Under the pieces are notes generated by a model. That model saw only the letters and a list, made by a program, of their open reading frames with translations, had not been told where the DNA came from and did no database searches. Positions 55,014 to 63,072 of a DNA stretch of 64,000 bases are shown in pieces. Source of the DNA: Candidatus Blautia stercorigallinarum (lineage in GTDB: Bacteria > Bacillota > Clostridia > Lachnospirales > Lachnospiraceae). The DNA lies in assembly GCA_019112785.1 (NCBI GenBank), contig DXIQ01000017.1:5360-69359 (forward strand), read 5' to 3'. The number at the start of each line of letters is the position of its first letter. Positions within the stretch are counted from its first letter, which is position 1. A program made the position numbers and the translations under genes.

Positions 55014-55990
55014 CAGCTGCTGAATTTGATCAGGAGCAATTCCACACTGAGGGTATCTGTGATCCGTCCCGTCTTTACCTTTTCTTCCGTATCCACACAC
55101 TCCTGGACGATCTTTTCCAGTTCTTCTTCCCTATACCGCCTTCCATAGGTACTGTAATTCCGCACCACAAAGGGCTGCAGGCCTGTTCTTTTGGCGATCC
55201 GGCTCTGATCGTATCCCTCTTTCTCCAGTTCCTTCACCTGCCAGATCAGATTAAACTGTCTTGCCAAAAGAAATAGAATACGCATGGGAGGTTCTTTCAG
55301 GGCAAGGAGATCATAGTACAGATCCAAAGCCTTTTTCTGCTTCTTCTCTGTAACCGCCCGGAGCATATCGAAAATATGATTGGAAATCTGGCTGGTGCAG
55401 ACTGCCCGGATATCTGCCCCCGAGATCACTTCTTTCCCCATGGTATAGCTCAAAAGCTTCTCCAGTTCATTTTCTATATTTCCCATATCCGTGCCTGTCA
55501 TCTCCAGGAACAACTCCATATCCCTCTGAGTGATCTTTTTTCCCTCTCTTTTCAGGATTCCCAATATCCACCGCATAAGGGTTCTGGAATCCTGCTGGCC
55601 GAATTCCACAATACTGCCATATTTTTTCACAGCTTTGTACATACGGCTGCGCTTGTCTACCTGATCTTCCACAAAAACCATGCACAGATAGTCCGGCAGT
55701 TCCGCCATATATTCAGGGAGTTCCTGACATTGATTTTTAAAGAACCCTGTATCTTCCAGAAAGATCACCCTTCTGTCCGCAAAAAAAGGCATAGTTTCTG
55801 CCAGTTCGATCACCTCTCTGGGTTCTGTCTTTTTCCCCTGGAAAAGGGAAAAATTCATAGTATCCCCTTCCGGAACCAGGGCTTTCTCCAGCTTATTTCT
55901 ATACTGCTGCAAAAGATATTTTTCTTCTCCATAAAGGAGATACACCTTTTTAAAATCTTGATTTTTAATATCTTCCTGTAAGTTTTTCAT
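55013..55990 (-). CDS. holA: DNA polymerase III delta subunit
   Basis: 325 aa. N-terminal VYLLYGEEKYLL pattern and position after comEC as in Bacillus. Confidence 0.88.
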   Translation of the reverse strand: MKNLQEDIKNQDFKKVYLLYGEEKYLLQQYRNKLEKALVPEGDTMNFSLFQGKKTEPREVIELAETMPFFADRRVIFLEDTGFFKNQCQELPEYMAELPDYLCMVFVEDQVDKRSRMYKAVKKYGSIVEFGQQDSRTLMRWILGILKREGKKITQRDMELFLEMTGTDMGNIENELEKLLSYTMGKEVISGADIRAVCTSQISNHIFDMLRAVTEKKQKKALDLYYDLLALKEPPMRILFLLARQFNLIWQVKELEKEGYDQSRIAKRTGLQPFVVRNYSTYGRRYREEELEKIVQECVDTEEKVKTGRITDTLSVELLLIKFSS

Positions 55991-56019
55991 TATGTTCTTC
56001 CTTTCAGGTTTTTCCTGTC

Positions 56020-58320
56020 CTATTCTAACATGGATTTTCCAAGCTGAAAAGACACCTGGATTTTTTCTTTCTTCACCACTGCAAAAACAGCTCCTGTATT
56101 ATCTGTCTGAAAGGTCCGGATCTTTCTGTCTTCCAGCCTTCTCAGCAGTTCCTGATGAGGATGTCCATATAAATTATCTTCGCCGCAGGAAATCACAGCA
56201 GCTTCAGGGCGGATCACGTCCAGCAGTTCTTCTGAAGTCGAGTTTCTGGATCCATGATGAGCTACTTTCAGGATATCACAGGTGATCCCTGCTTCTCTGC
56301 ATACAGATAAAAGCTGCTCTTCCCCCATTCCCTCAATATCCCCTGTAAACAGAAAGGAGCAGCCCTCTGCTTCTGCCAGAAGGGCCTGGGATCCCTCATT
56401 GCTCTCCATATTATCTCTTTCCGGAGAAAGACAGGTGATGTTCAATTTTCCTTTCTTTACGGTACTGCCCTTTTTAATATAAAAGATCTGGCATCCGGCT
56501 TCCTCCCCGGCCTTTTCCAGCTTTTCTCTCTGTTCCTGTGTTTCTTTACATTCTGAGAGAAAGAGCCTGGCTATCTTCAGTCCTGTTTTTCTATCTCTGC
56601 TCATCTCCAGCAGTTCCATAATCCCATTGACATGGTCTTCATCCATATGCGATACAAAAATCCCCTCAATTCTCCTGATCCCCTGTTCCTTTAAAAAAGG
56701 AAGTATCCTGTATTGTCCGGCTTTAGAAACCGAGCTGCTCCCTCCGTCTATCAGATAACAGCTGCCAGATTCCTGCTGGATACATGCACAGTCACCCTGT
56801 CCTACATCTAAAAAAGTAACCTTCAGACTTCCTTCCAATGGGCGGAAAAATAAAAGAAAGAGGCTCAATCCAAAAACTGCCAGGGCACCTGCCGGGAACC
56901 ACTTTTTCATATACCCTTTTCCCCAAAAAGGGGTTTTCTTTCCGGTCTCCTGGCTTTTCCTCTTATTTTTTGCCAATAGAAGCAGGGCAAGAATCCCATA
57001 GTATATCCCACACTGCCATAATTCAGGTCTCCCTGTTATCCACAGAAAAACCGGCAGTTCCTGAAGAAATTTCCCGCCCCGGATATAGCATTCTAAAAGA
57101 ACAAGCCCCGGCAGTGCTCCTATCTGCCCCGGCAATGCCGCCGGAAATAGTCCCAGAATACCTCCCGCCAGTCCGGAGATCAGCAGGATTCCCACTGTGG
57201 GCAATATGAGTAGATTTGCCAGAAATCCCCAGACAGAAAGTTCACAGAAAAAATACATAGTAACAGGAAGCAAAATGCTCCACACAGAAATGCTGGAGCA
57301 GACTCCCTGTTCTAATCCTGTTACAAACCTTCCCGTCAGTTTCCTGCTTCTCCTTTTTCTTTTCGGCGGAAAAAGAACGGGATGGACTGCCGCCAGCCCC
57401 AGTACTGCTCCGAAAGAAAGGAGAAAACTGCTGTCATATAAATACAGAGGAGATTCTGCAAGTATCAGGATCGCCGCCAGAGAAAGCGCAGAAAGAAAGT
57501 CATAAGTACGTTTTCCCAGCAGGGCCCCGGCAGAAACCCCGAACATGATCACTGCCCGGACAGCAGCTGCCTGGTTTCCTGTTAATCCTCCATAAAACAC
57601 CATAACAGCGGTAGCAAGGATCTCCGAAGCTTTTATGGGAAGACGGCATTTTATCAGCACTTTATAAAGTCCCCAACCTAAAATCGAAAGATGTGTGCCG
57701 GATATGGCCAGAATGTGAGAGATCCCCATAATCTGAAACAACAGTTTATTTTCCTGGCCCAGATTTCCTTTTTCTCCCAGTATCATAGCCTCCATGATCC
57801 CGCTTTTTTCACTGCCAAAGGCCTTTTGAAGCCCCAGGGATATTCTTTCTTTGATCCTTCCCTGAAGCGCCAGGACCGGATCTGTTTCTTTCTGAAGGAT
57901 CTGAAACTCTTCTCCATCCATATACCACTTTACTTTTCTGGCATAATAATAGATTCTTTCATCAAACTGCCCCGGATTTGCGGCTTCCGGAATCTCTTCC
58001 AGTTCTCCCCGGACAGCAGTCAGGTCCCCCTGCTGTGCAGGTTCGGAAAGAATTTCATTTTCAATTGTGATTTTAATATTGTCTATGGGATATTCTTTTT
58101 CCAGAATGATCAGATTTGCTTTTTTCAGATATAGATTTGTAACTGTCTCATAGATATCTTTTTGATAAAGGATGCCTGTAACAAGGACTTTCTCATCTTT
58201 CACGTCCCCCAAAAGCCCAGGAGAATCCCAGGAAAAGAAAGGGATTCCCGCATTCCCCAGCAGCCATATCGCTGCCGCCCAGATGACGGCGGCAGCGCAC
58301 AGGGGTCTCTTAATTCTCAT
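56020..58320 (-). CDS. comEC: DNA internalisation-related competence protein ComEC/Rec2
   Basis: 766 aa. N-terminal OB-like region, polytopic competence domain, and a C-terminal metallo-beta-lactamase domain (FLDVGQGD, SHMDEDH, VAHHGS). Confidence 0.92.
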   Translation of the reverse strand: MRIKRPLCAAAVIWAAAIWLLGNAGIPFFSWDSPGLLGDVKDEKVLVTGILYQKDIYETVTNLYLKKANLIILEKEYPIDNIKITIENEILSEPAQQGDLTAVRGELEEIPEAANPGQFDERIYYYARKVKWYMDGEEFQILQKETDPVLALQGRIKERISLGLQKAFGSEKSGIMEAMILGEKGNLGQENKLLFQIMGISHILAISGTHLSILGWGLYKVLIKCRLPIKASEILATAVMVFYGGLTGNQAAAVRAVIMFGVSAGALLGKRTYDFLSALSLAAILILAESPLYLYDSSFLLSFGAVLGLAAVHPVLFPPKRKRRSRKLTGRFVTGLEQGVCSSISVWSILLPVTMYFFCELSVWGFLANLLILPTVGILLISGLAGGILGLFPAALPGQIGALPGLVLLECYIRGGKFLQELPVFLWITGRPELWQCGIYYGILALLLLAKNKRKSQETGKKTPFWGKGYMKKWFPAGALAVFGLSLFLLFFRPLEGSLKVTFLDVGQGDCACIQQESGSCYLIDGGSSSVSKAGQYRILPFLKEQGIRRIEGIFVSHMDEDHVNGIMELLEMSRDRKTGLKIARLFLSECKETQEQREKLEKAGEEAGCQIFYIKKGSTVKKGKLNITCLSPERDNMESNEGSQALLAEAEGCSFLFTGDIEGMGEEQLLSVCREAGITCDILKVAHHGSRNSTSEELLDVIRPEAAVISCGEDNLYGHPHQELLRRLEDRKIRTFQTDNTGAVFAVVKKEKIQVSFQLGKSMLE

Positions 58321-59242
58321 CCTCAGTCTCCAGATAACTGTAATCCGCCTGGTATACCTTATCCAGTCCCATACTTTCCCTGAAAGTCACCTTAGTATCT
58401 CCCTCTACAGAAATCTGCACTCCATGAATGTTGCAGGCGTCTGTCAGAGAGTCCACAATAGAGTAGATAGGAAGCTCCTGCTGGACACTCATGGTCTCAG
58501 TCAGAAAACTTTTATCCAGATTCACGTAACAGATCCCTTCCACAATAGAAACTCCCAGGATCTTGGTATTAGAAGACAGAGTAGGCAGCATCCCCTCGGA
58601 TTTCGGTCCTTCCAAAAGTTTTTCAACAATAACTCTTTCCAGAGGAACATTACTGCTGTAATGGATCCTTCTGGTCTCCTTTACCAGATGATCGCCATTT
58701 TCATTAGCAAAATACAGGTTCAGATCTGCGAATACATAAGAATTGATATTTTTTCCTTCGTTTTCAACAAAACTGCTCCTTTCCATGGGCCCCAGCTCCC
58801 TGCCGTCTGAATCTGTCATAGGATTTCCGTTTTCCTGAAATTCCACATAAGAGACTCCCGGAATCTGAGTAAAAGCCAGGACCATTCCTGTTCTCACCAG
58901 GATTTCCCTGGCATTATTCATCTTTTTATACTCTTCGTCAAAATTCAGCGTTACGGTCTGTCCCTCAAAGGAATAATTTTTCATCAATACCCCATCCGGG
59001 AGCAGTCTGAGATACTCTTCTGAATCAGGAGGTTCCGAAAGTTTCTGGTAGATTTCCTGGATCATAGTCTCCGTATCTTCTGTGGAAGGCTCAAAAGGTA
59101 CCGTCTCCAGTTTTGTCTCTGACAATGCCAGGTAATACATGGAGTATTTGGTCACTTCTTCCTCCTGCTTTTTTTGGCAGCCTGCCAGTGCCAGAAGGCA
59201 GACCACTAAAAAAAACGCCAGTATTTTTCTGCTTTTCTTCAC
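58310..59242 (-). CDS. GerMN-domain lipoprotein (GerM-like)
   Basis: 310 aa with the lipobox LLALAGC. Two repeats resemble GerMN domains. It overlaps the comEC start by 11 nt and starts 11 nt after the kinase stop. Confidence 0.75.
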   Translation of the reverse strand: MKKSRKILAFFLVVCLLALAGCQKKQEEEVTKYSMYYLALSETKLETVPFEPSTEDTETMIQEIYQKLSEPPDSEEYLRLLPDGVLMKNYSFEGQTVTLNFDEEYKKMNNAREILVRTGMVLAFTQIPGVSYVEFQENGNPMTDSDGRELGPMERSSFVENEGKNINSYVFADLNLYFANENGDHLVKETRRIHYSSNVPLERVIVEKLLEGPKSEGMLPTLSSNTKILGVSIVEGICYVNLDKSFLTETMSVQQELPIYSIVDSLTDACNIHGVQISVEGDTKVTFRESMGLDKVYQADYSYLETEDEN

Positions 59243-59253
59243 GCCAATACCCC

Positions 59254-60693
59254 CTATGCAATATAGTTCAAAGGGATCCTTACAGAAAATGTAGTCCCCT
59301 GATGTTCTTCACTTTTCACTTTTATGGCCCCTCTGTGCATGACAATGGCGTTTCTGGTGATTGCCAGTCCAAGACCGGTTCCTCCGATCTCCCTGGAATG
59401 TGATTTATCAACCCTGTAGAATCTTTCAAAGATCTTATCAATAGATTCTTTTGGAATACCGATCCCCGAATCAGATACTGTTACATAAAAGTACTTATGA
59501 TCGGCGTTCAGTGTCACATGTACCCAGCCATCTTCTACATTATACTTAATGCCGTTTTCCACCAGATTTGAAAAGGCCAGACTTAACTTCACCTCATCAA
59601 TCTCCGCCACTACCGGACGGAAGCTCTCCAGGACCAGCTCCACCCGCTTCTTATCCGCAATGGGCTTCAGCCTTTTAAGTATATTTTCCAGAAGTTCATT
59701 GATACTCACCTTCTGAATATTCAGATCCGAAGCTTTCTTATCCATCTTTACCAATGCCAGAAGGTCTGTAATGATCTTGTTTTCCCGGTCGATCTCCACC
59801 GTAATATCCTGCATAAACTCTTTGTACAGCTCTGCCGGAACGTTATCCTGTCCTGCCAGCGAATCTGCCAGGACCTTAATGGATGTCATGGGGGTTTTCA
59901 GCTCATGAGACACATTTGCCACAAACTCCTGCCTGGAATCATCCAGGATCTTCATACGCTTCAGCAATTTATTAAATACATTGGTGATCATCTCTGTTTC
60001 CGTATAGTCCGTAACGGAGATTTCTTCATCCAGATAGCCATCGGTCAGCTCCTCAATAGCCTTACTTACTCTGGAAAAAGGTTTCACCAGGATTTTGGAT
60101 ATGATGAAACTCAGGAAGATCACCAGGATACTGATGATCAGCATAAGAAGATTTCCTCTGTGTGCCATGATTTCCATAGTGTCCTGTATCTCGGCAATGG
60201 AAGCGCTGATCAGCATTACACCGTCAATCTGCTCAGATTCCTGATTTGTCAGAGGGATCGTCTGCTCTATATAAGTATTCTCCTTATCATAGTAGCTGGT
60301 GTTTACCCCTTCAAAGCACTGGATCACTTCTTCGGAAAAAGCATATTTTCCTTCGTCGATGTCATAGGTATCTTCTATGATCCTTCCATTTCTGTTTATG
60401 ATCAGTACTCTGGCACTGTAGATTGAGGAGATCATAGATAACTCGCTGTCTATGGTCTCTGATTTCTGCTGGAGATACCCCTCTCTCATCAGCTGGTTTC
60501 CCAGAATATCACACTGATTTCTCACATTGATCTGCCTCAGTTCCACGGCCCGGTCCTCATAAGAGCTGATAAGCATTCCCTCCACGATAAAGCCGGGAAT
60601 GATCCCGATTATGATCATAATGATCATGATCCGGAACCTGAGACTTTTAAAAAAAGATAATTTAGATTTTATCTGCATTGGTTCTGTTCCCAC
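59254..60693 (-). CDS. sensor histidine kinase, WalK/YycG-like (two TM helices, extracytoplasmic loop, HAMP, HisKA, HATPase; no cytoplasmic PAS seen)
   Basis: H-box FVANVSHELKTPMTSIK, N-box LVENGIKYN, G-boxes DSGIGIP and GGTGLGLAI. The start is uncertain (GTG 60693 or ATG 60678). Confidence 0.9.
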   Translation of the reverse strand: MGTEPMQIKSKLSFFKSLRFRIMIIMIIIGIIPGFIVEGMLISSYEDRAVELRQINVRNQCDILGNQLMREGYLQQKSETIDSELSMISSIYSARVLIINRNGRIIEDTYDIDEGKYAFSEEVIQCFEGVNTSYYDKENTYIEQTIPLTNQESEQIDGVMLISASIAEIQDTMEIMAHRGNLLMLIISILVIFLSFIISKILVKPFSRVSKAIEELTDGYLDEEISVTDYTETEMITNVFNKLLKRMKILDDSRQEFVANVSHELKTPMTSIKVLADSLAGQDNVPAELYKEFMQDITVEIDRENKIITDLLALVKMDKKASDLNIQKVSINELLENILKRLKPIADKKRVELVLESFRPVVAEIDEVKLSLAFSNLVENGIKYNVEDGWVHVTLNADHKYFYVTVSDSGIGIPKESIDKIFERFYRVDKSHSREIGGTGLGLAITRNAIVMHRGAIKVKSEEHQGTTFSVRIPLNYIA

Positions 60694-60709
60694 TTTCTAT
60701 CCAGGAGTC

Positions 60710-60730
60710 ACTTTCGAAAATTCCGAAAGT
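60710..60730. other. 7-bp hairpin in the regulator-kinase spacer
   Basis: actttcg (60710-60716) / cgaaagt (60724-60730), 7-nt loop. Confidence 0.4.
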
Positions 60731-60745
60731 CCCCTTCTTAACCGG

Positions 60746-60786
60746 AAAAAACGAGCGAAAACACTCCTGGCGGGTTTTCGCTCGTT
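60746..60786 (-). terminator. intrinsic-terminator-like hairpin between the response regulator and histidine kinase genes
   Basis: aacgagcgaaaac (60750-60762) is the exact reverse complement of gttttcgctcgtt (60774-60786), with an 11-nt loop. On the coding (minus) strand it runs into TTTTTT. Confidence 0.6.
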
Positions 60787-60795
60787 GACGGATTT

Positions 60796-61485
60796 CTATC
60801 CCTGAAAATAATACCCGATTCCCCACTTGGTATGAACATATTTGGGATCACTTGGCACTGTCTCGATCTTCTCTCTCAGACGGCGGATATGTACGTCTAC
60901 CGTCCGCACATCTCCCGGATATTCATATCCCCACACCAGATTCAGAAGATTTTCTCTGCTGTATACTTTATTGGGGTTTTTCGCCAGAAGCTCCAGAAGA
61001 TCGAATTCTTTTGCAGTAAGATTGATCTCCTTATCAGCGATAAAGACTCTTCTTCCCTCCAGATCCAGTTTCAGATCACCGCTTACCAGGACCTTTTCCG
61101 TATTTTCTTTCTTCTCATCTTTGCTGGCCCGGCGCATAATTGCCTTGATCCTGGCTTTTACCTCCAGAATATTAAAGGGCTTGGTAATATAATCGTCTGC
61201 GCCATATTCCAGACCCAGGATCTTATCCATATCTTCGCCTTTAGCGGTAAGCATGATAATAGGGACACTGGAAAATTCCCTGATCTGCTGACATACCTCA
61301 AGCCCTGTCATCTTGGGGAGCATAATATCCAGAAGGATCATATCATATTCTTTTGTCCTGGCTTTCTCCAGAGCTTCCTCTCCGTCATAGGCGCAATCCA
61401 CTTCCATATCATCCTGTTCCAGGCTGAAACGGATACCCTTTACGATTAATTTTTCATCATCAACTACCAACACTCTTCTGCTCAT
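60796..61485 (-). CDS. OmpR-family response regulator, WalR/YycF-like
   Basis: 229 aa. Receiver motifs (VVDDE, LLDIMLP, LTAK) and a winged-helix tail VWGYEYPGDVRTVDVHIRRLREKIE, nearly as in Bacillus YycF. Confidence 0.93.
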   Translation of the reverse strand: MSRRVLVVDDEKLIVKGIRFSLEQDDMEVDCAYDGEEALEKARTKEYDMILLDIMLPKMTGLEVCQQIREFSSVPIIMLTAKGEDMDKILGLEYGADDYITKPFNILEVKARIKAIMRRASKDEKKENTEKVLVSGDLKLDLEGRRVFIADKEINLTAKEFDLLELLAKNPNKVYSRENLLNLVWGYEYPGDVRTVDVHIRRLREKIETVPSDPKYVHTKWGIGYYFQG

Positions 61486-61495
61486 CTGCTCTCTC

Positions 61496-62176
61496 CTATT
61501 CTACTGTTATATAAGCTTCTATTTTTTCAAAGGTCTTTCCTTTAATACCGGAGACCTGCTGAATATCCTCTATACTTCCAAACCCCCCGGCCTCTTCTCT
61601 GTAATCAATGATGGCCTGAGCCCGGACTTCTCCGATGCCGGGTATTTCCTGGAGTTCCTCCAAAGAGGCCTGATTAATATTGATCTTTCCCTGTGTTCCG
61701 GTCTCTGCCTCTGTGGTTTCCTGGTTTATCTGAGAAACAGAGACTCCTTGTTCCTTCAGTTCCTGAGTCTCTTCCCTGGTATAAACCAGGATCTTTTCTC
61801 CGTCAGATACCGGTTCTGCCTGATTCAACCACTGAGCATCGGCTTCCTCCGTAAATCCTCCCGCCGCCTCTATAGCCTGAAAGACTCTGGAATCTGCAGC
61901 CAGTTCATAAACTCCTGGGCTTTTCACTGCTCCGCTTACATCCACCCAGACAGTGGGAAGGATTTTTTCACTGTTTTCTGTATCAGCGGTCTTTTCTCCT
62001 TCTTTTCCCGAAGAAGCTTCCGATACTTCCTGTTCATCAGCATTCTCAGCATCTGCCTCCTGGGAAAGCACCTCTGCCTGACCGATCAGGATCTCCTCCT
62101 TTTCTCCCTGGCAGGCGCTCAGAGCCATGACCGCGCCCAGAAAGATCATTGCTAAAAACTTTTTCTTTTTTTTCAT
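61496..62176 (-). CDS. comEA: competence protein ComEA (SLBB domain plus helix-hairpin-helix DNA binding)
   Basis: 226 aa. Signal/lipobox-like N-terminus (LSAC), an acidic linker, SPGVYEL (SLBB), and C-terminal INQASLEELQEIPGIGEVRAQAII HhH repeats. Confidence 0.88.
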   Translation of the reverse strand: MKKKKKFLAMIFLGAVMALSACQGEKEEILIGQAEVLSQEADAENADEQEVSEASSGKEGEKTADTENSEKILPTVWVDVSGAVKSPGVYELAADSRVFQAIEAAGGFTEEADAQWLNQAEPVSDGEKILVYTREETQELKEQGVSVSQINQETTEAETGTQGKININQASLEELQEIPGIGEVRAQAIIDYREEAGGFGSIEDIQQVSGIKGKTFEKIEAYITVE

Positions 62177-62423
62177 TCTGCATACCTCCCGGTTTCAGTC
62201 AGACAGAAACAGTCCAGTATGTAGAACTGTATTTATTGTAACGAATTTATAGTCTCTTTACAATATTTATTTTCAAGTTCTTATAAAATCCCCTGGGATT
62301 TTTCTGGTATTCTCACATGATCTGCCTGCTGCAATCTTATTCTGGAAACAATGGCTGAAACGCCGGAAACAATTTCTTGAAATGTAAATACAGTATAGCA
62401 TTATCTTTAAAAAACGGCAATCC

Positions 62424-62454
62424 AAAAAACAGCTCCTTCTTGGAGCTGTTTTTT
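62424..62454. terminator. bidirectional intrinsic terminator after the DUF606 transporter gene
   Basis: aaaaaacagctcc (62424-62436) / ggagctgtttttt (62442-62454), 5-nt loop. Confidence 0.7.
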
Positions 62455-62459
62455 GTACA

Positions 62460-62891
62460 TTATTCCCATTTAAAAATTACGATCCCCACAATGGCAATTC
62501 CCATGCCGATCAGTTTTCTCCATTCAAAGGGAGATTTTTCCACTCCGAACAGTCCCAGAAGTTCAATGATATAAGCCACTGCAAGCTGAGCTACCACAAT
62601 AAGCATGGCTGACCTGGCAGGTCCAAGGGCGGACATGCTCTGGATCACCGTCACGGTAATAAAGGCGCCTATGACGCCTCCCAGGAGCAGATACCGGTGG
62701 TTTACCATGGCCAGTTCCCCGATCCTCTCTCTGCCGGTAAATAACCAGGCACCGATACATACCAGAAATGCCGAAAACTGTACCCAGCCGGTAGATACCC
62801 ATAAGCTGGTCTGTTTTGTCACCTCAGTATTAAACACACCCTGAATGCTCATCAGCGCCCCGGAGACAAGGGCGATTAAAATTCCCCACAC
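62460..62891 (-). CDS. DMT-superfamily small transporter (DUF606 / YdcZ-like)
   Basis: Track ORF starts at TTG 62915; GTG 62891 lies 8 nt after AAGGAGG. 143 aa, five hydrophobic helices. Confidence 0.7.
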   Translation of the reverse strand: MWGILIALVSGALMSIQGVFNTEVTKQTSLWVSTGWVQFSAFLVCIGAWLFTGRERIGELAMVNHRYLLLGGVIGAFITVTVIQSMSALGPARSAMLIVVAQLAVAYIIELLGLFGVEKSPFEWRKLIGMGIAIVGIVIFKWE

Positions 62892-62954
62892 ATCCTGTTC
62901 CTCCTTATGTTCCAAAATACCTTTACAGGAGCTGTTACATGAATTATATATCAG

Positions 62955-62968
62955 GAATATTAATATTC
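62955..62968. promoter_or_regulatory. perfect 14-bp palindrome (operator candidate) upstream of the DUF606 transporter gene
   Basis: GAATATTAATATTC. On the minus strand it lies just upstream of a TATAAT hexamer (within gatatataattc). Confidence 0.35.
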
Positions 62969-63072
62969 TCTGTCATAATTCATGCCGCGGCTCCTCTCTC
63001 TGATATATTTTCCCATAAAAAGGATTTTCATTCCGGCATTGGGGAACTTCCATCCCTGTCTCAGGCTAAAAT

